Of a stretch of DNA of 64,000 nt, positions 42,549 through 51,984 are shown piece by piece. Below the pieces are notes generated by a model that had not been told where the DNA came from, ran no database searches, and saw only the letters and a list, made by a program, of their open reading frames with translations. Each line of letters opens with the position of its first letter. Position 1 is the first letter of the stretch. The stretch is from an uncultured delta proteobacterium. Lineage in GTDB: Bacteria; Desulfobacterota; Binatia; UBA9968. Where the stretch lies: NCBI GenBank assembly GCA_963804165.1, contig CAWDPO010000043.1:64001-128000 (forward strand), given 5' to 3'. A program made the position numbers and the translations under genes.

Positions 42549-43923
42549 ACACTTTCATAAGAAACTCGGCGTCCGGCTCACACTCTGGTACTCGGGTCTC
42601 TTTATTTTGAGCTCTTTAACGTTCTCCATCGTTACTTACCTGTTCGTCTTTTCGACGGTGAGAGACAACCGGCACGCGATACAAGCTACGCTGTCACAGT
42701 ATCGGCCAAAAGTGGAGGAGGGTGGCCTAGAGGCGCTTGCCGCGTTGACGCGCCAACAGCGCAAACCGAGCCGGCACAGCTCGTTCTTCATTCGCCTTGT
42801 TGGACGGCATAAAGAGACGCTGTATTTGAGCAATCCGCAACTCTGGGAGAAATTCAACTTTGCTTCTCCTTCGAGCTCGGCTTTCGAAGAGCAATGGCAT
42901 TATTACACTTCCAAACGGGACGGTTCCTTGTTGGAAGTCACTTCGGCTCCTCTTTCAAACGGCAATGTCTTTCAGGTGGGTAAAAGTATTACGGATCGTG
43001 AGGAAGTGCTGGAGCGTGTTGGCGAGACTTTACTGGCGACCATGATTCCGATGATCGTGATCGGTTTGGTAGGCGGTGCGTTCCTGGCCTCTCGCGCCCT
43101 GCGGCCGATTCGCAATTTGAGCCTGGTCGCGCGCTCCATTGTCGACACTAGCCGATTCGACGCTCGAGTGCCGGATGATCAATCCCGAGGTGAGCTCAAT
43201 GATCTCGTCGTTTTGTTTAATCAGATGTTGTCAAAGATCGAAACCTTGATCGAAGGCATGAAGAGCGCTTTGGACAATGTCGCACATGATTTACGCACGC
43301 CCATCACGCGGGTGCGAATCGTGGCAGAGGAGGCGCTTGCCGGCGACGACGCTGCGCGGTGCGAGGCGCTTGCCGATTGCTTGGAAGAGACCGAACGACT
43401 GACGACGATGCTCGATACGCTGATGGATATTTCGGAAGCCGAGACCGGCGCAATGAAGCTGACGATGGAGAATGTCGATCTTTCCGCATTGATCGATGAA
43501 GTCGTAGAACTCTATGATTTTGTCGCTGAAGACAAGGGCGTTATGGTTTGCGTGAACTCAGCCCGCGGCTGCTATTTGCCGGCCGACCGATCGAGGTTAC
43601 GTCAGGTCATCGCCAATCTTGTCGACAATGCCATCAAGTATACCCCGCGCGGTGGACGTGTCGAAATTGAAAGTCTGCAAGAAGACCACCAAGCTGTGCT
43701 GCTCGTGCGGGATACCGGCGTCGGCATCCCGCCGGATGAAGTGACACGAATCTGGGATCGTCTCTACCGCGGCGACAAAAGCCGCTCGCAACGAGGGCTG
43801 GGTCTTGGATTAAGTCTTGTAAAGGCGGTCATTCAAGCTCACCATGGCCGGGTCGAAGTCTCCACCAATTCGAGCGGCGGCTCTCGCTTCTCGCTCTATC
43901 TGCCGCTATCGCCAGCGGTTTAA
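42529..43923 (+). CDS. membrane HAMP-domain sensor histidine kinase
   Basis: Two TMs; VAHDLRTP, NLVDNAIKY, DTGVGI and GLGLGL boxes. Confidence 0.96.
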   Translation: MPLKFPKHFHKKLGVRLTLWYSGLFILSSLTFSIVTYLFVFSTVRDNRHAIQATLSQYRPKVEEGGLEALAALTRQQRKPSRHSSFFIRLVGRHKETLYLSNPQLWEKFNFASPSSSAFEEQWHYYTSKRDGSLLEVTSAPLSNGNVFQVGKSITDREEVLERVGETLLATMIPMIVIGLVGGAFLASRALRPIRNLSLVARSIVDTSRFDARVPDDQSRGELNDLVVLFNQMLSKIETLIEGMKSALDNVAHDLRTPITRVRIVAEEALAGDDAARCEALADCLEETERLTTMLDTLMDISEAETGAMKLTMENVDLSALIDEVVELYDFVAEDKGVMVCVNSARGCYLPADRSRLRQVIANLVDNAIKYTPRGGRVEIESLQEDHQAVLLVRDTGVGIPPDEVTRIWDRLYRGDKSRSQRGLGLGLSLVKAVIQAHHGRVEVSTNSSGGSRFSLYLPLSPAV

Positions 43924-44036
43924 TCGTCAACCTTTCAAGAATGTAATCTCGCGGAAAGCTCCCAGCAACGCTTTTGCGTTACTTCGCGGCGGGTGCAGCG
44001 TAAGATTTTATCGATGCACCTTTCGGTCGCGGAGAT

Positions 44037-45857
44037 TTGTGTGTGAGAGGAGCGGACGAAACAAAAATAGCGTTTCGTTACGGGTCGAATGGCGCTGAGA
44101 CTCTTCTCTCGCGTGTTTGGAACCGGGGCGTTACTACCGTCTCAGTCCCCGATAACATCCCTAATCCGACGAGCTATTGGATCATCGGTTTAATTGTTTT
44201 TTGTCTGTGCGTCCTATTTTGCCACTTGGGAACCGCTGTCCTGTTCGAACCCGATGAGGGAAGAAACGCCGAAATCGCCAGAGAGATTCTATTACTCCAG
44301 GACTGGGTGACGCCGCACTACGACTTCATCCCGCGCCTCGACAAGCCGATCAGCTATTTTTGGCTGGTGGCTCTGTCGTTTCGCATCTTTGGTTCCTCGG
44401 AATGGTCAGCGCGCCTTCCGTCCGCCTTGGCGGCGTTCGCTTGTCTGTCCGTTACCTATGCCCTCGCTCGCGCGATGTTTGGCCGTTGGGCCGCGCTCTG
44501 GAGCGCTCTCGTCCTGCTGACCAGCATCGAGTTTTTTGCCCTTTCCCGCATCGTGATTTTGGACATGCTGCTCACGTTTTTCTTCTCGCTCGCACTCTGC
44601 GCTTTCTTCCTGGGACAGCGCGAAGTCGTAGCCGGCAAAAGCAAGCTCTATTTTTCACTAATGTATGTTGCGCTTGGCGCGGCGACTCTCGTCAAAGGGC
44701 CGATCGGTTTCCTTCTCCCAACAGCGGTAATTTTTTTCTATCTATTGCTTACAAAACGATGGGCGCTTTTAGGTAAACTAAATTTGCCTTTGGGGATAGC
44801 ACTCTTCGTGCTTACGGCCGCGCCCTGGTATCTGATGGCTGAATCCCGCAATCCGGGATATCTCCGTCATTTCTTCTGGGAAGAAAACCTCGCCCGTTTT
44901 GCAACCACGCGCTTCAACCGTAATCAGCCGTGGTATTTTTTTCTTTTGATTTTGTCCGCTGGATTTTTTCCCTGGACCGCGCTTTTGCCGGGGGCATTGG
45001 TCGACTTCCGCAAGCGTCAGTTCGACGACAAGCGATTGTTTCTTCTCTTATGGGCGGGGTTGCCGCTCATTTTTTTTTCGCTGTCATTATCCAAGTTGCC
45101 TCACTACATTCTGCCCATCTACCCGCCGTTGGCGATCATTGTTGGCGCAAGGGTTGCCGGCATGTTCGCAGACTCCACGCCAACTCTGCGATGGCTGCCG
45201 GTGTTTCCGGCAGTTGTATTTTTTATCTTGTTCTTTGTCATAACGATGGTAGCTCTCCGGCCTGATTTCTTGCCCGTTGATCTTCAGGCCTATGTTCACG
45301 CGGCTTTCCCGGAACCGCCCGTCTCCCTGGTTGCGGCTCTGATCGCCCTTTCGATACTCACTTTATTGGCGACGCGGTGGCGATATTTGCGACAACCAGT
45401 TGGCCTCTATTCAGTTACGGCTTTGAGCTTTACGCTGTTTGTCCTAGCATCCGCGCCGATTACCGCCGCGGTGGCGACGAATCGTTCTTCCGAGCAGCTG
45501 GCTCAAAAAGCGGCGCGCCTAGTCGGAGCGGAAGATCAGTTCGTTCTCTATGATGGTTATTTCTCCAGTCTGCCATTTTATCTCGATATCCAGAAACCAA
45601 TCTGGGTGGTTTGGTCGGGTAAAAAGAGCAGCGTCTTAGGTAGCGATTATGTGGCGCTGAAACGGCCCGAGCCTGCGCGGGGATACGGCAAGCTATTGTA
45701 CAGCTATGAAGAATTTGTGGAGCAGTGGAAAGCGTCGAATGATTCACTCGTCGTATTTGTAAGAAGCAGTAACCTGCCTCGGTTGGAGAAACTACTTGGA
45801 ACATCGGCAAAGATACTTATCCAGGTGGGCGACACTGCTCTGGTGAAAATCAAATGA
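44037..45857 (+). CDS. ArnT-like (GT-C, PMT_2) glycosyltransferase 1; start uncertain
   Basis: EPDEGRNAEIARE, DKP..YFW, RLPSA, KGPIG and SKLPHYILP motifs; many TMs. Confidence 0.92.
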   Translation: MCVRGADETKIAFRYGSNGAETLLSRVWNRGVTTVSVPDNIPNPTSYWIIGLIVFCLCVLFCHLGTAVLFEPDEGRNAEIAREILLLQDWVTPHYDFIPRLDKPISYFWLVALSFRIFGSSEWSARLPSALAAFACLSVTYALARAMFGRWAALWSALVLLTSIEFFALSRIVILDMLLTFFFSLALCAFFLGQREVVAGKSKLYFSLMYVALGAATLVKGPIGFLLPTAVIFFYLLLTKRWALLGKLNLPLGIALFVLTAAPWYLMAESRNPGYLRHFFWEENLARFATTRFNRNQPWYFFLLILSAGFFPWTALLPGALVDFRKRQFDDKRLFLLLWAGLPLIFFSLSLSKLPHYILPIYPPLAIIVGARVAGMFADSTPTLRWLPVFPAVVFFILFFVITMVALRPDFLPVDLQAYVHAAFPEPPVSLVAALIALSILTLLATRWRYLRQPVGLYSVTALSFTLFVLASAPITAAVATNRSSEQLAQKAARLVGAEDQFVLYDGYFSSLPFYLDIQKPIWVVWSGKKSSVLGSDYVALKRPEPARGYGKLLYSYEEFVEQWKASNDSLVVFVRSSNLPRLEKLLGTSAKILIQVGDTALVKIK

Positions 45858-45873
45858 GGCAAGCTCAAGCGCA

Positions 45874-47343
45874 ATGATGGCTCTAGATCGGTGCGACGGG
45901 CTGTTTTTCATGGTGATGTTCTTTGCACTGCTCGGGAGGCTTCTACTGTCCCCGCCCATCTGGCATCACGGCGAGGCGCGCGAAGGTCTCGTGGTGCAGG
46001 GCATTCTACGCAACCACGAATGGATCTTGCCGTTGCGCAACGGGGAGTTGCCATCGAAACCGCCGTTCTTCCACTGGCTGGCGGCGTTACCCGCGTTTGT
46101 CTTTGGACCAATCGATTTAATCGTTCGCCTGCCATCGGTCATGGGCGCCGTGATTATGGCGGCGGCGACTTTTTTTATGGGTGGAGAAATGGGCGGGCGG
46201 AGGACCGGGTGGCTCGCCGCCGGGGCGCTTTTGGGAATGCAAGAATTCTGGGTCTCAGGGACTCAGGCGCGCGTCGACATGGTCTTCGCTGCTTGTGTTG
46301 CGGTGGCCCTCGCCGGATTCTTTTTCTGGTATCGCGACGGTCACCGAGTCGCGCGCGCGGCTTGTTATATTGCTTCAGCCTGCGCGGTGCTCTCTAAAGG
46401 GCCGGTGGGAATAATTCTTCCCGCCGCGACGATTGTTGGCTTCCTGGCGGTGGAAGGACAGCTTCGATCTCTGTGGAGCCCCTGGTCTTGGCCGCTCATG
46501 GTAGTACTACTTCTGCTGGACCTCGGTTGGTACGCATTGGCCTATGACAGTGGGGGAAACGAATTTTTCAAACTACAGATAGCATTTGAGAATCTTGACA
46601 GATTTTTCGGTCATGGCCATTTTTCCACGGAAAACACGTCTCTCAATACATTGACTTGGTTGGCCAATCAGACGCTGCCTTGGAACCTGGTCTTGATCTG
46701 GTCCTTTATACGGCGGATACGGGGCACGCGCGAGGATTGGGCCGGCCATTTTCTTCACGCATGGTGGATTTCAATTTTCCTTGTTTTTCTGTTAGCCGCG
46801 CGTTCGGGGGCGGTTTATTTGCTTCCCCTGTATCCGGCTATCGCGCTGCTGGCGGCCAGAGCGATCAACGACGAAATTCCTGTTTTTGCGGAACGATCCC
46901 CTATTGAGCCTATTGAAAAGGCTCGGCTGCTTTGGTGGCGGCAGAGAAAAATCGTAAAACGAATTGGCATCGGCATCGCGATCTTTGATCTGACGCTCAT
47001 GTTGCTGGTCACGCCGACTTATTGGAGCAATCGGAACACGCGGAACGCCAGGCTCGCATTCATCGAAGATATCCGCACGATCGTTGCAACTCGCAAACAA
47101 CTTTTCTCTGCTCCCGAATTACAATACGAGACGATGGTGATCGCTTATCGATTGGGGCGGGAAATCATCCGCAAACCACTCATCTGTGCAGTCCGTGATG
47201 ACTATTTTTTTCTTCGATCTGGTTCGACGAATATTTTTAGAGTCGAAACACAAGTTCTCGCGTCGTCAAAAAGTGATGAAATCTCCCTTGTCACAGTGAT
47301 CTCCGAAACACCCGTTCGGCAGGACTTCGCATGCATCAGGTAA
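45874..47343 (+). CDS. ArnT-like glycosyltransferase 2
   Basis: GEARE, SKPPFFHW, RLPS, ARVDM, KGPVG and YLLPLYPA motifs. Confidence 0.9.
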   Translation: MMALDRCDGLFFMVMFFALLGRLLLSPPIWHHGEAREGLVVQGILRNHEWILPLRNGELPSKPPFFHWLAALPAFVFGPIDLIVRLPSVMGAVIMAAATFFMGGEMGGRRTGWLAAGALLGMQEFWVSGTQARVDMVFAACVAVALAGFFFWYRDGHRVARAACYIASACAVLSKGPVGIILPAATIVGFLAVEGQLRSLWSPWSWPLMVVLLLLDLGWYALAYDSGGNEFFKLQIAFENLDRFFGHGHFSTENTSLNTLTWLANQTLPWNLVLIWSFIRRIRGTREDWAGHFLHAWWISIFLVFLLAARSGAVYLLPLYPAIALLAARAINDEIPVFAERSPIEPIEKARLLWWRQRKIVKRIGIGIAIFDLTLMLLVTPTYWSNRNTRNARLAFIEDIRTIVATRKQLFSAPELQYETMVIAYRLGREIIRKPLICAVRDDYFFLRSGSTNIFRVETQVLASSKSDEISLVTVISETPVRQDFACIR

Positions 47344-49109
47344 TCGCCATTGCGGACGCTCACCGACGGAGACCGTTCATACGCAATCTCACGGATTCGA
47401 CTCGCGTGTTTTTGTTGTCGGAGACTGCGTCGATCTTCCACGTCATTTTTCTTCTTGCGTTGTGCGGGGCGCTTTATTTCCCCTACCTCAGCTCGAATCC
47501 TTTCTTTGACAAGGGCGAGCCGCGCGAGGCGCTGGCAGTGCAGGATATCGTTCAACGCGGCGAGTGGTTGGTGCCGCTCAAGCGCGCCACCGATATTCCA
47601 TCCAAACCGCCATTGTTTCACTGGTCAGCCGCAGTGGTTTCGCGGTTGACTGGTTCGCTGACGGAGGCGACCATCCGCTTTCCGTCTGCGCTCTATGCGA
47701 CGCTGGGTGTCTTGCTTCTTTTTGTTCTCGGCCAACGGATTTTCGACGTCAAAACCGCGCTGCTCGGCGCTGCGATTCTTGCGACTATGATGGTTTATCA
47801 GGACCAGGCCTTGAGCGCGCGGGTCGATATGGCTTTGTGTTTTTTCGTCACCGTGGAGTTGGCGCTTTTCTATTTGCTCTATCGTAGCTGTTTGACCGGC
47901 TCTCTTTGGCTCTACGCTTTTTACGTGCTCGTCGGTGTTGGGACTTTGGCCAAAGGGCCATTGGGTCTGGTGCTGCCGATATTAGTTTACGGTTCGTTCA
48001 CGCTTTTAGGGCGACGCTGGGACATCGTCAAGAAATTCTGTTTTCATCCGGGCGTTTTCTTGGCCTTGGTCCTCGCGTCGGGTTGGTACGTCATAGCGGT
48101 AACCCGCGGCGGTGAGGGTTTTTTCGATCGCCAGATTTTGCAGGAAAACCTGAGCCGCTTCGCCGGCGGCTCCGGACATAGCCATCCCATTTACTACTAT
48201 ATTCCCTATTTGTTATCGCAGAGCTTACCTTGGGGACTGTTTCTTCCTGTGCTGCTATGGGATGCATTCAGAACCGGATTCCGCTCGAATGAGGGAACGC
48301 TCTTTCTGAAGCTTTGGTTCTTGCTCATGTTCGTTTTCTTCTCTGTGTCCGCCGGCAAGCGTCCGGTTTATCTGTTGCCACTTTACCCTGCATTAGCGCT
48401 GCTCTTGGCGGCGTGGTTTTACGATGCTAGCGCGGCACGTGGCGCGCGACTCCTGATCTATCGTGCTATCGCGCTGTTTGCCGGCTTTAGCGGCGCGCTG
48501 CTGTTGGTCATCACCCTCGGGGCGCTATGGAGTCACGACCAGGGCTGGTTTTTCGCGCCCATCGCGCAACTGCTCAAACCGAAGGACCGGGCCAATCTGA
48601 TGGCAGTGAGAAATCAATTGGAGAATTTCGGCTGGGTTTTCACGGCGGTCGCTTTAATGGCATCCGCACTGTGGTTCTCGTTGGCCCGCTCCCTCTGGCG
48701 CGCGAGAATGCGTTCCGTCGCCTATCAGCTCGTGATGGTGTCGCTGCTGCACGGCTTTGTCATTTGGTCCGTGGTCATGCCGGTGATCGCCCAGGCGAAG
48801 AGCTATCGGGGCTTCATGACTCTGGTGAACCGAGAGGTTAGTTCGGCCGACAAACTCTATCTCTACGGTAGCTTCAACAGCGATCCAGTAGTGTTTTATC
48901 GCGGTGCCGTAATCAAGGAACTTCATCGACCCGCGGAGTCGGTCGCGGCCATGATTGGTAAAGGCGATGACTACCTGATCATGCCCCGCCAAAGGTGGGA
49001 GGAAATACAGCAGATGACCAGCACTTTATCTGCGCCTCTCTTACAGAGCGAGGGACGAGGCCCAGAGGGGGATGCCCCGCTGGTGTTAGTGAAAGCCGCC
49101 GTTACATAG
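47331..49109 (+). CDS. ArnT-like glycosyltransferase 3
   Basis: GEPRE, SKPPLFHW, RFPSA, ARVDM, KGPLG and KRPVYLLP motifs. Confidence 0.92.
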   Translation: MHQVIAIADAHRRRPFIRNLTDSTRVFLLSETASIFHVIFLLALCGALYFPYLSSNPFFDKGEPREALAVQDIVQRGEWLVPLKRATDIPSKPPLFHWSAAVVSRLTGSLTEATIRFPSALYATLGVLLLFVLGQRIFDVKTALLGAAILATMMVYQDQALSARVDMALCFFVTVELALFYLLYRSCLTGSLWLYAFYVLVGVGTLAKGPLGLVLPILVYGSFTLLGRRWDIVKKFCFHPGVFLALVLASGWYVIAVTRGGEGFFDRQILQENLSRFAGGSGHSHPIYYYIPYLLSQSLPWGLFLPVLLWDAFRTGFRSNEGTLFLKLWFLLMFVFFSVSAGKRPVYLLPLYPALALLLAAWFYDASAARGARLLIYRAIALFAGFSGALLLVITLGALWSHDQGWFFAPIAQLLKPKDRANLMAVRNQLENFGWVFTAVALMASALWFSLARSLWRARMRSVAYQLVMVSLLHGFVIWSVVMPVIAQAKSYRGFMTLVNREVSSADKLYLYGSFNSDPVVFYRGAVIKELHRPAESVAAMIGKGDDYLIMPRQRWEEIQQMTSTLSAPLLQSEGRGPEGDAPLVLVKAAVT

Positions 49110-49354
49110 CGAATTATCGCTCTTTGTGCGACGCAAGGGTGGGATTGGTGTCCATAGCACTTTTGGCACTTTCCACGGCAGGAAACACGCGAAGCATTTT
49201 GAAGTCGCCGCGTCCCGGACCGCGAACGAAGAACGAGGGACCGCCGCCATATAGAGTTGAGCGGCCAACCCTGCAACTGAAGTTGCGTGCATAAGCAATA
49301 TAGTTGCGATTCATGTTGGACAGCGGTCGGATCGTAATTGTCGTTTCGAGAGTA

Positions 49355-50117
49355 ATGGATCGTTCATTGGCAACTTCTGAATTTGTCTTCGCTGCCCGGC
49401 GTTTCCGCCGATACTTCCCGCTGCTCGCGGCCGTAATCATCATTGCCGCACTTAGACCAGGATCATGGCAAGACGAGTTTTTGAATAGTCTGACCACTTG
49501 GATCGGCATTGTATTCTGTGCCGTTGGGCAAGGATGGCGCTTATGGACATGGGGAAGCAATGCTAATGCGGGTAAACGCGCAGTTCGCAGTCGCGGACCC
49601 TATGCTCTGATGCGTCATCCGCTTTATGCCGGGAATTTTTTAATCATCGTGGGAGTCGCGGTGAGCTTCAACAATCCTTGGGCTTATCTACTCTTGCTAG
49701 TTCCGTTTGCATACCTTTATCATCTCATCACCAACTTTGATGAACGACGGATGAGCGAACGTCTTGGCGCTGACTATGAGTTCTATAGACGAGAAAATCT
49801 GTGGCGATTCGTGCCACAATTTAGAAAACTGAGGCGAGCAATGCATACAACAACGCCGTTCAATTTTCGGTACGCATGGCGCAAGGAATACAAACTCCAT
49901 CTGCGCCTGGTTGGCAGGTGTCTCATCGCTCGCTATATATCGTGACGCCATGACTTACGGCTGGAAGCAGGCATGGTATCGGAACCCGGTTTCGTTGGGG
50001 ATCACTGGGTTTTGTGGTGCCATTGCGATTCTACTGAATGTGTGGGACCGCATCGTTCGACAGAACGACCCCACGGGCAAGACATTAAAATTCCTGCGGA
50101 GGACAAATGAAAAATAG
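49355..50117 (+). CDS. isoprenylcysteine-carboxyl-methyltransferase family membrane protein (LmtA-like); frameshift near 49900
   Basis: GPYALMRHPLYAGN, EE-like FDERRM...Y..Y...WRFVP, RKEY; TM tail in the next frame. Confidence 0.75.
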
Positions 50118-50489
50118 GCATATGATTTTAGCGTTGACATGTGTTCCGCCCGCGTTCCAATGAATTTCTGACGCCGGCCGGACAACAATTTCATCAATTT
50201 CCCCAGCCGTCAATTCCTCTAGGCGCGAAACGATCTCGATTTATATCTTCGAAATCATCAGTAGGATGGCGAGATTCACCAGAGCTGCGTCGGCGGCGTT
50301 TTTTTCAGCCGACTCCGCCCGCACGAAGACCGCGTGAGTGCTGCGATCGCTGCACAAATTGGTCGACTTATAAATCTTGATTTGCCGTTCTTAGCTTGGA
50401 TTCCGTCGGTAGCAGTGAATCTGTCGACGACACAACCGAGCTCGAAGCGGACTTGCAATAACGTGAGCAGGGGTTAACTGACAGCCGAT

Positions 50490-51842
50490 TTAGTCATTAA
50501 TGCCAAGCTTTTCGAGCTTGCGGTATAGCGTCGACAGACTCAACCCGAGCAGCTCGGCTGCGCGTATTTTGTCGCCGCCGGTTTTTCCGATGGTGCGCTC
50601 GATATGAGCTTTCTCGTAAAGCTCAACCGCTCTGGTAAGATTGTCTTCAGCGCCGAATTCGTCAGTGCCGTTCTGCTGACCAGGTAAATCCGCCGGCTTG
50701 ATCCATTCACCATCGCCGAGAATCATCGCTCGCTCTAAAACGTTATCCAGCTCGCGGATGTTTCCCTTCCACGGAAGCGACATGAGGATCCGCATGGTCG
50801 CGCTGTCGACGCCTTTGTAATTTGTCTTCATCTCCGCATTATGCCGATGAATAAGATGCTCCACTAGCCCAGGGAGGTCATCGAGTCGCTTGCGTAGAGG
50901 TGGAATGTTGATCTCAAATACGTTTAGACGATAAAATAAATCCTCGCGGAAACGCCCCGCTTCGACTTCGCTCTTGAGATCGCGGTTGGACGCCGCGAGA
51001 ATACGTACATTCACCTTGACCGGGGTCGTGGCTCCCACCGGCAATACGGTTTTCTCTTCGAGCACGCGCAGAAGTTTGGGCTGCAAACTCAACGGCATCT
51101 CGCCGATTTCATCGAGGAAGATCGTGCCACCCCGCGCCCTTTGAAACAATCCTTCTTGAGAACCGACTGCCCCGGTAAAAGAGCCCTTCATATGGCCGAA
51201 GAGCTGGCTCTCCAATAAGTTGTCGGGGATCGCGCTGCAGTTGACGGGCAGAAACACATTATCTTTACCGAGACTGCCGGCGTGAATAGTTCGGGCCACA
51301 ACTTCTTTTCCCACACCACTCTCGCCACTGATGAGCACTGTGGTCGGCGTCGGCGCGACCTTCCTTACCATGTTAACGATTTCTTGCATCGCGGCGCTGC
51401 GTCCGAGCGGTCGATCCGGGCTGAAATAGCTATTAATTTCTCGGCGTAGTAACTGATTCTCCCACGCCAATTTTCTATGCTCCACCAATTGCTGAACCTT
51501 CCGAAGAACCTCAGCAAAGAGAAGCGGCTTGAGCAAGTAATCTTGCGCCCCCAAGCGGATCGCCTCAATGGCCGTCTCGACGGTGGCGTGGGCTGACATG
51601 ATCATCACCAAAGTTTGCGGTGAGACGTCACGCACATGCTTCATCACAGCGATTCCGTTTGCGCCGGGCATCATCAGATCCGTGAGAACTAAATCGAGAT
51701 CGAGCTTGTCGATCAGGGAAATCGCAGCCTTTCCGTCGGCCGCCTCGTGAACCTCATATCCTTCACCCCTTAAAAGCTCGACCAAGCTTTCGCGCGCACT
51801 TTCCTGATCTTCCGCGACTAATATGGACCCATTCGAATTCAT
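50490..51842 (-). CDS. sigma-54-dependent response regulator (NtrC/AtoC family: REC-AAA+-Fis HTH)
   Basis: ILVAED, DLMMP, GESGVGKE, GSFTGA, FLDEIGE, FREDLFYRL, WKGNIREL and AAELLGLSLSTLYRKL motifs. Confidence 0.97.
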   Translation of the reverse strand: MNSNGSILVAEDQESARESLVELLRGEGYEVHEAADGKAAISLIDKLDLDLVLTDLMMPGANGIAVMKHVRDVSPQTLVMIMSAHATVETAIEAIRLGAQDYLLKPLLFAEVLRKVQQLVEHRKLAWENQLLRREINSYFSPDRPLGRSAAMQEIVNMVRKVAPTPTTVLISGESGVGKEVVARTIHAGSLGKDNVFLPVNCSAIPDNLLESQLFGHMKGSFTGAVGSQEGLFQRARGGTIFLDEIGEMPLSLQPKLLRVLEEKTVLPVGATTPVKVNVRILAASNRDLKSEVEAGRFREDLFYRLNVFEINIPPLRKRLDDLPGLVEHLIHRHNAEMKTNYKGVDSATMRILMSLPWKGNIRELDNVLERAMILGDGEWIKPADLPGQQNGTDEFGAEDNLTRAVELYEKAHIERTIGKTGGDKIRAAELLGLSLSTLYRKLEKLGIND

Positions 51843-51854
51843 TTATGCGTACCT

Positions 51855-51952
51855 ATTCCCAAGAATGCGAAAAGGGATTATCGGCCTTGCCAAATGTGCA
51901 AATCCACAACCCAATTCTATAGAAAATCATTTCATTTTCTATCGTTGAGCAA
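51855..51952. promoter_or_regulatory. three UAS-type palindromes upstream of the sigma-54 activator gene
   Basis: ATTCCCA-AGAA-TGCGAAA (51855), CTTGCCA-AATG-TGCAAAT (51886, +31) and TTTTCTA-TCGT-TGAGCAA (51935). Confidence 0.65.
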
Positions 51953-51984
51953 TTATAAGGCCAGGAGCTAAGTTGTATTCCGAG

